This document shows positions 36,093-45,385 of a stretch of 64,000 nt of DNA, one piece after another; position 1 is the first letter of the stretch, and the number at the start of each line of letters is the position of its first letter. The position numbers and the translations under genes were made by a program. The stretch is from Bacteroidales bacterium. GTDB taxonomy: Bacteria > Bacteroidota > Bacteroidia > Bacteroidales > PXBB01. The notes beneath the pieces are model-generated. The model made no database searches and was not told the origin of the DNA. It was given only the letters and a program-made list of their open reading frames with translations. Location of the stretch: assembly GCA_028698995.1 (NCBI GenBank), contig JAQVVM010000014.1, forward strand, positions 14,735-78,734, written 5' to 3'.

Positions 36093-37373
36093 ATGAAAAA
36101 AATCGCTTTTTTATATATAATTTTCTTTCTTCTCTATAGTCATGCTAAACCGCAGGATTACTTTATCAATTTTACAGCGAGCGGAGCAAGTTCAAATGTA
36201 GATTCTGTAAGGGTTGAAAACCTTATGCAAGACACACTTATCACTCTTAAAGGAACTGAAATTCTTAGATTAAAACTTATTTATTTTTCTGAAGATGATA
36301 CAGGTCAAACCAATAGCAAAATAAGTATATCACCAAACCCTGTAACAGAAGGTTGTATGATACGTTTCTTTGCCAAAACCAGCGGTACAATTCTCATTAA
36401 CATCTATGACAGCACGGGAGCACGTATTGCTCAGACTCAAAACACCCTTGAAGTTGCAGAGCATTATTATTATATTAAAGGATTGAGCTATGGGAAATAT
36501 CTACTTGAGATTAATTCTCAGGATTATGCATATTCGGATACCCTAATAAGCAATAGTACAAATTTGTATCAGAGTATTTCTATTTTATACCGGGGTAAAA
36601 AGTCAAATTTCTTTATTCCTCAGGAATATTTTTATGCACGCACCGAACAAGTTTTACCATTCCGGTTTAATGATGCACTTAAAATAACAGCTTATGCAGG
36701 CAGACACAAAAAAATTGTGGTATTAAGGCCCAATGAAGAAAGCACAACTGTGAACTTATTTTTTCAGAATTGTACAGATGCAAACGGAAATGATTATCCT
36801 GTAGTAAAAATCGGTGATCAGTATTGGATGGCCAGCAATCTTATGACAACAAAATACAACGATTATACAGAAATCCAACTTGTTTCAGACAGTAATACAT
36901 GGAGCAAACTTGAATCACCTGCCTACTGCTGGTATAAAAACGAATTCAGTGAAACCGGGACTGTTTACGGGGCTTTATATAATTGGTATGCTATTGATAC
37001 TATTAGTAATAACAATAAAAATATTTGCCCTATAGGTTGGCATATTCCAAACTCATATGATTGGAAAAGTCTGTATGATTATCTTGGAGGAAATAATGTG
37101 GCAGGTGGGAAAATCAAAGACAGAGGTTTTGATTATTGGAAAATACCAAATACAGCAGCTACTAATGAAAGTGGTTTCACAGCTTTACCCGCAGGTAATC
37201 GCTTTGCAGGGGGTGCATATGGGAATTTAGGTCAAAGAGCTCATTTCTGGAGCTATAATGAATATTATGCAGTATATGCATGGAGTAATCTTTTGTTTTT
37301 TTCACCCAATGATATTCTTAGGAATGAACATCTCAAAAGATATGGCTTTTCAATAAGATGTGTAAAGGATTAA
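36093..37373 (+). CDS. secreted protein with an internal T9SS-CTD-like beta-sandwich and a C-terminal FISUMP domain
   Basis: Signal peptide. Residues ~75-150 (ISISPNPVTEGCMIRFF...INIYDSTGARI...GKYLLEI) look like a T9SS sorting domain. The C-terminal part has FISUMP motifs: VVKIGDQYWMASNL, YGALYNW, CPIGWHIPNSYDW, GFTALPAG, GFSIRCVKD. Confidence 0.75.
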   Translation: MKKIAFLYIIFFLLYSHAKPQDYFINFTASGASSNVDSVRVENLMQDTLITLKGTEILRLKLIYFSEDDTGQTNSKISISPNPVTEGCMIRFFAKTSGTILINIYDSTGARIAQTQNTLEVAEHYYYIKGLSYGKYLLEINSQDYAYSDTLISNSTNLYQSISILYRGKKSNFFIPQEYFYARTEQVLPFRFNDALKITAYAGRHKKIVVLRPNEESTTVNLFFQNCTDANGNDYPVVKIGDQYWMASNLMTTKYNDYTEIQLVSDSNTWSKLESPAYCWYKNEFSETGTVYGALYNWYAIDTISNNNKNICPIGWHIPNSYDWKSLYDYLGGNNVAGGKIKDRGFDYWKIPNTAATNESGFTALPAGNRFAGGAYGNLGQRAHFWSYNEYYAVYAWSNLLFFSPNDILRNEHLKRYGFSIRCVKD

Positions 37374-37451
37374 GCTTTAAAAGTTCAGATTGTTACAAAA
37401 AAAAACTGACCCTGTTAAGAATCAGTCTTTTATTATTAGATATTAATAATT

Positions 37452-38369
37452 TTATTCCTCAAAATTATCATCGAACATTTTCGGATCTATAAGTATGCGA
37501 CCACAGTATTCACATACAATAGTGCGCTTTTGAATTCTTATATCAAGACGACGCTGCATGGGAATTTTATTGAAACAACCACCACAAGCATCTCTTTCAA
37601 TGGGAACAACCGCCAAACCATTCTTTGCATTGCTTTTAATCCTATTATATGCAGTCAGCAATCTCTCATCAATAAAAGCTTCGTGTTCTTTTGCTTCTCT
37701 TTTTAATTCTTCCTCATCCTTTGTTGTTTCGGCAATAATTTCATCAAGTTCATTAACTTTGACTTTATATTCATTTTTGTAAACTTCAAGGTCGCTCTCA
37801 ACTGTTTCAAGACTTTGAGTCTTAATGACCAACTTATCTTTAGCTTGTCTAATTTCTTTTTCAAGAAGTTGTATATCGAGAGATTTGTTATGAATCTGAT
37901 TGGTTAATGATTCGTACTCTCTATTGTTCTTGACATTATCTTTTTGACTTTCGTATTTTTTAATTGCGCTGAGACAATCTTTAATTTCAATATTCTTGTT
38001 GGCAATAAACTGTTCAACAACTTTAACTTCATCTTTTATTTTTTCCACCCTGATTTTAAGGCCTTCAATAGAATCTTCCAAATCTTTAACCTCTACAGGG
38101 AGCATCCCTCTTAATTTTTTTAAGTTAATTATTTTGGTATCGATATGCTGTAAATTATAAAGGGCTTGAAGTTTTTTAAGCATTCTTGCACCTTCAGAAT
38201 CATCTGACTTATTTTTTTTAACGGTTGCGTTTTCGACAAGTATAACATTATCAGGATTACTTACCTCCTCTTTTTGTTTCGGTTTAGTTTTAGCTTTTGA
38301 ATCTGTTTTTTTTGTTTCAGCTTTAACTTTTTCAGTAACTTTTTTGTCGGGAGTTTTAGATTTTGCCAT
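37452..38369 (-). CDS. COG1579-type coiled-coil / C4 zinc-ribbon protein (Nif3 partner)
   Basis: Long coiled coil, then CGGCFNKIP...VCEYCGRIL. It lies directly downstream of a Nif3-family gene, the conserved pairing. The first 62 aa are a Lys-rich extension. An alternative start is M63, giving 37452-38183. Confidence 0.7.
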   Translation of the reverse strand: MAKSKTPDKKVTEKVKAETKKTDSKAKTKPKQKEEVSNPDNVILVENATVKKNKSDDSEGARMLKKLQALYNLQHIDTKIINLKKLRGMLPVEVKDLEDSIEGLKIRVEKIKDEVKVVEQFIANKNIEIKDCLSAIKKYESQKDNVKNNREYESLTNQIHNKSLDIQLLEKEIRQAKDKLVIKTQSLETVESDLEVYKNEYKVKVNELDEIIAETTKDEEELKREAKEHEAFIDERLLTAYNRIKSNAKNGLAVVPIERDACGGCFNKIPMQRRLDIRIQKRTIVCEYCGRILIDPKMFDDNFEE

Positions 38370-38391
38370 GTATTTTAATTATTATATTGAT

Positions 38392-39486
38392 TTACAAATA
38401 TTTAACAGGATTTACTTCCTCTGTTGAAATTTCGACTGCAAAATTAGAAAAATTTTTCTTTAATAGGTTATAAATTAATTCTTTTGCAAAAGACTCACTT
38501 TCAAAATGACCAATATCTGCAATCAACAATTTATTTTCGACATCAATAAAATGATTATATTTAAACTCAGAGGATATGAAGATATCAGCTTTTACAGCAA
38601 TGGCATCGGGGATGAAAGAACTTCCTGATCCACTGCAAAAAGCTACCCTTTTAATCATTCTACCGGTAAATTTTGAGTGTTTAAGGACTTCAATATTTAA
38701 TGTTTTCTTTAACTGATTCAAAAAATCTTTTTCATAAAGTGGGGTTTTCATTTCACCAATAATACCGGCACCAATTTTAGAATAAGTATTTTCTAACGAA
38801 TAAATATCATAAGCCACTTCTTCATAAGGATGTGATTTCAACAATGCACTGATAATATTTTTCTCAAGGTGCAGTGGATAAATGGTTTCTATGCGCACTT
38901 CATTCTCAAAATGCAAAGTATTAATATGGCCCACAAAAGGTTTTGCACCTTCAGAGGCTCTAAAAGAACCTTGCCCATCAACATTAAAGCTACAGCAATC
39001 ATAATTACCAATATGTCCAGCGCCAGCCTCAAAAAGAGCTGTCCTCACTTCTCCACTTTGTTCTAGAGGACAAAACGTAACAATTTTTCTAAGATAATTA
39101 TTCAGGGGTTTTAATACCTTAACATGCTCTAAAGATAAAAGTTTTGCAAAATAGTGACTAAGTCCTTTATTTGAAAAATCAAGATTGGTATGAGCAGCGT
39201 AAATTGCAATATTATTTTTAATGGCATTAATTAGTGTTCTTTCAATATGAGTTTGTCCCTGAATTTTTTTTAGAGGGGTAAAAACAAGAGGATGATGTGT
39301 AATAATCATATTGCAATTTTTGTTTATGGCTTCTTGCATAACCTCTTCAGTAAGGTCTAGTGCAATAAGAACTTTGGAAACCTCGTTTTCAAACTTACCT
39401 GTTATTAGGCCGCAATTATCATAGGATTCCTGAATATTAAGAGGTGCAAAAGATTCAATAAAATTTGTTACATCTTTAATTTGCAT
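38392..39486 (-). CDS. Nif3-like dinuclear metal centre protein (YbgI / GTP cyclohydrolase 1 type 2 family)
   Basis: YDNCGL, ALDLT..V..EA, MIITHHPLVF, AAHTNLD, and the C-terminal GHFESE motif. Confidence 0.85.
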   Translation of the reverse strand: MQIKDVTNFIESFAPLNIQESYDNCGLITGKFENEVSKVLIALDLTEEVMQEAINKNCNMIITHHPLVFTPLKKIQGQTHIERTLINAIKNNIAIYAAHTNLDFSNKGLSHYFAKLLSLEHVKVLKPLNNYLRKIVTFCPLEQSGEVRTALFEAGAGHIGNYDCCSFNVDGQGSFRASEGAKPFVGHINTLHFENEVRIETIYPLHLEKNIISALLKSHPYEEVAYDIYSLENTYSKIGAGIIGEMKTPLYEKDFLNQLKKTLNIEVLKHSKFTGRMIKRVAFCSGSGSSFIPDAIAVKADIFISSEFKYNHFIDVENKLLIADIGHFESESFAKELIYNLLKKNFSNFAVEISTEEVNPVKYL

Positions 39487-39511
39487 AAATAATGGGGTAT
39501 TATAAATATCT

Positions 39512-39519
39512 CAAAAATA
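39512..39519 (-). promoter_or_regulatory. candidate -7 box (TATTTTTG) for the Nif3 / Zn-ribbon unit
   Basis: Plus-strand CAAAAATA, 26 nt upstream of the 39486 start. Confidence 0.3.
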
Positions 39520-39643
39520 ATAAATATGTAACAAACTACAACGAAAATTACGTATAAAAGAAGTTTTATATAAATTTAAGGTATCAACAGGTTCAGTGTC
39601 CTTTGAATTTTTGAAATTATACACAGAACCAGAAATACATGGC

Positions 39644-40723
39644 ATGATAAAATTCATAAGAATATTAGCTTATCCTATTTCACTGATTTACGGTTTAATA
39701 TTGTTGTTTAGGAACAAGCTTTTTGATTGGCACATTCTATCCTCAAAATCCTATGACACTCCAATTATTGGTGTTGGAAACCTTAGTGTAGGTGGCACAG
39801 GAAAAACGCCTCATGTAGAATATCTGGTTCGTTTATTAAAAGACAATTATAAAGTCGCAATATTGAGTCGTGGTTATGGCCGCAAAACAAAAGGTTTTAT
39901 TCTTGGAGAAAAAAACATGACTGTTAATGAACTTGGAGATGAAGCCATACAATACTTAAGCAAGTTTGATAATTTGATTATAGCTGTATGCGAAAAACGA
40001 AGAAAGGGGATAGAAAAAATATTAGAACTTTATCCTGATTTACATGTAATTTTACTGGATGATGCCTTTCAGCATCGCTATGTAAAACCCGGACTTAATA
40101 TATTACTGAGCGACTATTCAAACTTATATTCAGAGAACTTTGTCATGCCAACCGGAAATCTACGTGAATTCAGGAATGGTGCCCAAAGAGCAAACACAAT
40201 AATCATAACAAAATCACCAAAAATACTATCACCCATTGTTGTTAAAGAATATTTAACACGCCTAAAACCAACTGAAAATCAAAAAGTATTTTTTTCTTAT
40301 ATTGATTTTGAAAATTTTATACCTTTGTATAAGGATGTTGAAACGGTAATGCCTTCAAAAGTGTATGCAATACTTATGATAACTGGAATTGCAAACCCCT
40401 ACCCTCTTGAAGAATTTCTGAAGCAACACTGTGTTGAATTATACAAGTTAGATTATAGAGACCATCACAACTACACACAAAAAGACATTGATTTGATTAT
40501 TAAAACATACAACAGTATATATTCATTAAATAAAATAATTGTAACAACAGAAAAAGACAGTGCCAGATTAGACAAAGCAGAATTTCAGAAACAATTTATA
40601 GGCATTCCAATATTTTATATGCCCATTAAAATAAACATTCATAAAAAATACAATCAGGAATTTGACCAACAAATAATAAATTATGTTAGAACAAATCAAA
40701 GAAACAGTAAACTACATCAGTAA
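39644..40723 (+). CDS. lpxK: tetraacyldisaccharide 4'-kinase
   Basis: VGNLSVGGTGKTPHVEYL (P-loop), LSRGYGRK, DDAFQH. The track start is a GTG at 39596. The ATG at 39644 (MIKFIRILAYPISLIYG) gives the usual LpxK N-terminus. Confidence 0.85.
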   Translation: MIKFIRILAYPISLIYGLILLFRNKLFDWHILSSKSYDTPIIGVGNLSVGGTGKTPHVEYLVRLLKDNYKVAILSRGYGRKTKGFILGEKNMTVNELGDEAIQYLSKFDNLIIAVCEKRRKGIEKILELYPDLHVILLDDAFQHRYVKPGLNILLSDYSNLYSENFVMPTGNLREFRNGAQRANTIIITKSPKILSPIVVKEYLTRLKPTENQKVFFSYIDFENFIPLYKDVETVMPSKVYAILMITGIANPYPLEEFLKQHCVELYKLDYRDHHNYTQKDIDLIIKTYNSIYSLNKIIVTTEKDSARLDKAEFQKQFIGIPIFYMPIKINIHKKYNQEFDQQIINYVRTNQRNSKLHQ

Positions 40724-41495
40724 CAAAACCGGCTTTAAACCGGAAGTAGGAATCATTTTAGGTTCAGGACTTGGAGGTCTTGTTAATGAAATAAAAATCG
40801 AACACCAAATAAGCTATGAAGACATCCCTCATTTTCCTGTTTCTACAGTAGAAGGACATAGTGGTCGTTTAATTTTTGGAAAATTGGCAGGCAAAAAGGT
40901 AATTGCTATGCAGGGACGCTTTCATTATTATGAAGGTTATACCATGAAAGAGGTTACTTTCCCTGTACGTGTGATGAAATTTCTAGGCATCAAAACCTTG
41001 ATATTATCAAATGCCAGCGGCGGAGTTAACCCTGATTTCGAAATTGGTGATATTATGATTATCAATGACCAAATTAATTTACTACCTTCAAATCCACTCA
41101 TTGGCATAAACATCAAAGAACTTGGCCCCCGCTTTGTTGACATGCATGATGCCTATGATAAGAATCTGATTAACAAAGCTTTAAAAATTGCCAAGAAAAA
41201 CGGAATTAACTGTAAAACGGGTATATACGCTGCAGTTTCAGGCCCCTGCTTTGAAACACCTTCTGAATATAAATATGTTAGGAATGTTGGTGCTGACACT
41301 GTGGGTATGTCAACAGTTCCTGAGGTTATGGTAGCTCGACATATGGATATTCCTTGCTTTGCTGTTTCCATCATTACAGATTTGGGAGTTGAGGGGAAAA
41401 TTGTTGAAATCAGCCATAATGAAGTAGTTGAAGTGGCCAATAGAGCTGAGCCTAAAATGACATTAATAATAAAGGAATTAATTGCAGAGCTTTAA
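40683..41495 (+). CDS. purine nucleoside phosphorylase (trimeric PNP family)
   Basis: GIILGSGLGGL, STVEGHSGRL, GRFHYYEGY, SNASGGVNP, GADTVGMSTVPEV. It overlaps the lpxK 3' end by 41 nt. Confidence 0.88.
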   Translation: MLEQIKETVNYISNKTGFKPEVGIILGSGLGGLVNEIKIEHQISYEDIPHFPVSTVEGHSGRLIFGKLAGKKVIAMQGRFHYYEGYTMKEVTFPVRVMKFLGIKTLILSNASGGVNPDFEIGDIMIINDQINLLPSNPLIGINIKELGPRFVDMHDAYDKNLINKALKIAKKNGINCKTGIYAAVSGPCFETPSEYKYVRNVGADTVGMSTVPEVMVARHMDIPCFAVSIITDLGVEGKIVEISHNEVVEVANRAEPKMTLIIKELIAEL

Positions 41496-41507
41496 TTTCT
41501 TCATTAG

Positions 41508-41537
41508 AATCTTATAAACCAAAACTATTATAAGATT
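41508..41537 (+). terminator. weak AT-only hairpin after the PNP gene
   Basis: AATCTTATAA (41508-41517) pairs with TTATAAGATT (41528-41537) with a 10-nt loop. Only a short T-run follows. Confidence 0.3.
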
Positions 41538-41574
41538 TTAAACAATCCTTATATTTTTATTAAAATATTTTAAA

Positions 41575-42990
41575 ATGAAGAAAATAGTCCTTCTCATTTT
41601 TATATCTGTTTTAACTTTTAACCTTAAAATCTGTAGTCAAACCCACAATCCATTCTTCGAAGGTTTTTGGTATGGTTTACTTGAATTTCAAGGTACCGAA
41701 TTAATCTTGACTTTTGAACTTAAAAATGAAAGTGACAGTCTTTCAGGGAGTCTGAATAGTCCACTACAGGGAGCCAATGAGATACCAATAACCAAAATTA
41801 TTGTCAAAGAAGATTCTCTTCATATTTTCATAAAAAGTATGAGTGCAAACTTCAAAGGAAAACTTCTTGAACAGGATTCAATTATTGATGGGATTTTTTC
41901 TCAAGCAATTTTTAAAATTCCTGTAAAGTTCAAAAAAACGCAAGAGTTATTTGTCCTGAATAGACCTCAGGAACCTCACCCTCCCTTTAGTTATATTGAG
42001 GAAGAAGTTGAATTTGAAAACCCAACAGCCCAAATAAAATTAGCAGGCACATTGACTTATCCGAAGGGCGATAGTACTTTCCCAACAGTAGTTTTAATTT
42101 CGGGTTCAGGGCCACAGAATCGTAACGAAGAGATACTAGAGCATAAACCTTTTCTAATCATTGCTGATTATTTCTCAACGAGAGGTATTGCGGTTTTACG
42201 TTTCGATGACAGGGGTGTCGGGAATTCAGGAGGTGTATTTTCCACTGCCACAAGCATGGATTTTGCAACAGATGTTGAAGCTGCCGTAGCTTTTCTCCGA
42301 CAACATCCCAGAGTTGACACAAGCCATATTGGTTTAATCGGTCATAGCGAAGGAGGCATGATAGCTCCTATTGTAGCTTCGAATGACAGAAGCATTGCTT
42401 TTATTATTTTGCTTGCAGGTCCGGGACTAACCGGAGAGCAAGTACTTTTAACACAAATTGAAAAAATGCTTGTTCTTGATAATGTTGAAGCCTCTATTAT
42501 TAAAGCTATCATAAAAGACTCAAAAAAAGTTTATAAAATTCTTATCAACGAACCAGATTATAGAAAAGCAGCCAATAAGATTAAAAAATATTATACAAAA
42601 AGAGCAAAAAAAATATCTGAGGACTTACACTTGCTTTATGGATATACCTCACAAGGGATAGAGAGTAAAATTATGGCAATGAATTCATCATGGTTCAGAT
42701 ATTTTATCAAATTTAACCCCGAAGATTATCTACGTCGTGTTGAATGCCCAGTTTTAGCAATCTTTGGCGAGAAGGACGTGCAGGTGTTAGCTGCTCAAAA
42801 CTTAGAAGCAATAGAAAAAATTATCCTTAAATATGGTAAAAGAAATTTCACGACAAAATTATATCCCGACAAAAACCACCTTTTTCAGAATGCCACAAAA
42901 GGTAGTATTTTGGAATATGCTATGATAGAGGAAACGATAAGTACTGATGTTTTGGAGGATCTATTATTCTGGATAAAACAAAGGGAATAA
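41575..42990 (+). CDS. secreted alpha/beta-hydrolase (S9/dienelactone-hydrolase-like)
   Basis: Signal peptide, nucleophile elbow GHSEGG, and a C-terminal His region (DKNHLF). Confidence 0.7.
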   Translation: MKKIVLLIFISVLTFNLKICSQTHNPFFEGFWYGLLEFQGTELILTFELKNESDSLSGSLNSPLQGANEIPITKIIVKEDSLHIFIKSMSANFKGKLLEQDSIIDGIFSQAIFKIPVKFKKTQELFVLNRPQEPHPPFSYIEEEVEFENPTAQIKLAGTLTYPKGDSTFPTVVLISGSGPQNRNEEILEHKPFLIIADYFSTRGIAVLRFDDRGVGNSGGVFSTATSMDFATDVEAAVAFLRQHPRVDTSHIGLIGHSEGGMIAPIVASNDRSIAFIILLAGPGLTGEQVLLTQIEKMLVLDNVEASIIKAIIKDSKKVYKILINEPDYRKAANKIKKYYTKRAKKISEDLHLLYGYTSQGIESKIMAMNSSWFRYFIKFNPEDYLRRVECPVLAIFGEKDVQVLAAQNLEAIEKIILKYGKRNFTTKLYPDKNHLFQNATKGSILEYAMIEETISTDVLEDLLFWIKQRE

Positions 42991-42991
42991 T

Positions 42992-43921
42992 TTAATGGGC
43001 ATCAATTTTTTTTTGTTTTATAAGGTAATGAGGTCGTTTTTTTACTTCAAAAAACATCTTACCTAAATATTCTCCGATAACACCAAGGAAAAGCAGTTGA
43101 ATTCCTCCAATAAAAAGAATACTTAAGATTACTGAGGCCCAGCCTGTAATAGCTTTATCAGTAAAAAAACTAATATACAAAGCATACAATCCATAAAAGA
43201 AAGCAAAAGAAGAAATGATAAAGCCAACCAGAGTGGCAATTCTTAACGGTTTTATTGAAAAAGAAGTAATACCATCAACTGCAAAATTACCCATTCTTTT
43301 ATAAGAATACTTTGACCTTCCTGTTAAACGCCTTTCCGGTGTATAATTCAGGGCATAAGAATTAAAGCCTATCCAACTTATTAGTCCTCTGTAAAAAAGA
43401 TGAAACTCATTAAAATCATTTTTAAGAATATCAGCAATTTTTCTGTCAATTAATCTGAAATCTGCGCCCAAATTTGCATTGGGTGAATCTGAAAGCAGGC
43501 TGAATAATTTATTATATACAAGTGCTGAAAATCTTTTGAAACAGGAAATATTTTTACTGCTGTTTTTAATGGTATAAACAATTTCATATCCGTCTTGCCA
43601 TTTTTGCAACATTTCAAGGATAATTTCGGGTTGGTGTTGAAAATCGGCGTCCATTGTAATTAAACAATCTCCTTTAGCATGGTCAATTCCGGCTTTTAAA
43701 GCATTCTGATGTCCGAAGTTGCGTGACAAAGAAATGTACTTTACATTCATGTCTGATTCAGCCAAAATTTTGATTTCATCCAATGTTCCGTCAGTGCTGC
43801 CGTCATCAATGAAGAGATACTCCTTTTTGTATGGCGTTAGAACTTTATCCAAAGCAGCCTTTAAGGCAATGAGGTTACCGCATTCATTATAACAGGGAAT
43901 TATAACAGATATGAAAACCAT
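42992..43921 (-). CDS. GT2 polyprenyl-phosphate glycosyltransferase (GtrB/ArnC/DPM1-like)
   Basis: VIIPCYNE, IDDGSTDGT, TMDADFQH, plus two C-terminal TM helices (LRIATLVGFIISSFAFFYGLY and WASVILSILFIGGIQLLFLGVIGEY). Confidence 0.75.
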   Translation of the reverse strand: MVFISVIIPCYNECGNLIALKAALDKVLTPYKKEYLFIDDGSTDGTLDEIKILAESDMNVKYISLSRNFGHQNALKAGIDHAKGDCLITMDADFQHQPEIILEMLQKWQDGYEIVYTIKNSSKNISCFKRFSALVYNKLFSLLSDSPNANLGADFRLIDRKIADILKNDFNEFHLFYRGLISWIGFNSYALNYTPERRLTGRSKYSYKRMGNFAVDGITSFSIKPLRIATLVGFIISSFAFFYGLYALYISFFTDKAITGWASVILSILFIGGIQLLFLGVIGEYLGKMFFEVKKRPHYLIKQKKIDAH

Positions 43922-43973
43922 TATATAAATTTGTTATAAAAGTAACAAACTTTTCAAATACAGAAACATTTAT

Positions 43974-43981
43974 TACTTTTG
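43974..43981 (+). promoter_or_regulatory. candidate -7 box (TACTTTTG)
   Basis: TAnnTTTG 31 nt upstream of the ATG at 44012. Confidence 0.3.
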
Positions 43982-44011
43982 TTTTAGTAGCAATTCAACT
44001 TTATAAAAACA

Positions 44012-45382
44012 ATGCCAGATACTATTAAGTACCGTATCATCAAAAAGATTGAAAAGATTTATATTTTCAGAATTCTTCTTTTTATGAAGTTGTTCCTTAA
44101 TAATAATATCAGAAAACATGGAGTAAGTAAAATTGAAGTATATAGAGTGTTTTCAAAATATATATTCAAATCCTTATTAAACCATCTTCAATTCACCTTT
44201 CTGAATTTGATTAATATCATAAGAGAAAGCCGTTTAGGTCTTGCCACCCGAAAGTTTTTTGTTTCAAGACTACCCTTTTACAAATTATTTTTTCACAAAA
44301 TTAAATTGCCTGAAAACTTAAAAAAATCAGATTTTAAGTATCATACTCATAGGGATTATTTTATAATGAAACCCCTTAGAACAAAAATTATAAATAATTG
44401 TCATGTTTATTTAGATACTGATTTTGGAATCGTTTTTAAAAATTTGAACATTTTGAAGGATTCTGTACACGGCAAACTGGACATCAGAAACATTAAAATT
44501 CTCAAACCCTATAACGAGATTATATTTGAGAATTACATCAACAATGCTTTTCGTAAAGACAGTAATATAATCGTCAAAACTGATAATAAAAAGTACCTGC
44601 TCATTCATCATTGGTTCAATTATTATCATTGGATTACGGAAAGCTTATACAGGCTTTTAAATTTTGAGGGTGATCTAGGAAAAACTACGCTTATTTTACC
44701 GGATACATTTCAGAAAAATAGTTTTGTAACAGACAGTCTTAAAACTTTTCCTGATCTTAGCGTTGAATATATTCCTAGTAATAGTGTTGTTTTTTTTAAG
44801 TCTTTGGAATACGTTACCCACAAAAAATATTGTGATCATTACGATGCCGAGACTTTAAGAAAAATAAAAAAACACTTTGTAAAATATGTTCATGACAATC
44901 AAATAAAGTCACCTATAATAAATGATAAAATTTTCATTTCAAGAAAAAACATTGAACGCAGAGGCATTTCAAATGAAGATGCTGTTTTAGAACTTATTAA
45001 TAAATATAATTTTGCAGTTGTCGACTTTGAAGATTATAGCTTTTATGAACAAATTGCAATGATGCAACAAGCCAAATACCTAATAGGCACACATGGTTCA
45101 GGATTGACCAATATGATTTTTATGAAAGGCGGCAGTAAGGTTTTAGATTTATACCGCCATCTTGGTGAACCAAATGCTCATAACTGTCTTGTTTATTGGC
45201 GGCTGGCAGGTATCTTGAAATTAAAATTTTACGTCCAGTATAGTGAAGTCATACAGAGTAATAATACAGACAGATACAATAATAGAAAAAACTATTTCAA
45301 TACAGATTTTCACACCTTTAATTTAAAGGTTGATACAGAAGAACTTGAGAAAAATTTAAAGCTTTTATTAAGCTCTGATTAG
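44012..45382 (+). CDS. GT61 / DUF563-family glycosyltransferase
   Basis: HHWFNYYHWITESLYRL and GTHGSGLTNMIFM are the two DUF563/GT61 signature regions as I recall them. The start codon is uncertain. Confidence 0.65.
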   Translation: MPDTIKYRIIKKIEKIYIFRILLFMKLFLNNNIRKHGVSKIEVYRVFSKYIFKSLLNHLQFTFLNLINIIRESRLGLATRKFFVSRLPFYKLFFHKIKLPENLKKSDFKYHTHRDYFIMKPLRTKIINNCHVYLDTDFGIVFKNLNILKDSVHGKLDIRNIKILKPYNEIIFENYINNAFRKDSNIIVKTDNKKYLLIHHWFNYYHWITESLYRLLNFEGDLGKTTLILPDTFQKNSFVTDSLKTFPDLSVEYIPSNSVVFFKSLEYVTHKKYCDHYDAETLRKIKKHFVKYVHDNQIKSPIINDKIFISRKNIERRGISNEDAVLELINKYNFAVVDFEDYSFYEQIAMMQQAKYLIGTHGSGLTNMIFMKGGSKVLDLYRHLGEPNAHNCLVYWRLAGILKLKFYVQYSEVIQSNNTDRYNNRKNYFNTDFHTFNLKVDTEELEKNLKLLLSSD

Positions 45383-45385
45383 CAC

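Noticed and set aside
40683-40723. 41-nt overlap of lpxK and the PNP gene as a possible frameshift or fusion artefact
   Set aside because: The PNP N-terminus has the normal length before the GILGSGLG motif and LpxK is complete. The overlap is most simply a genuine out-of-frame overlap.
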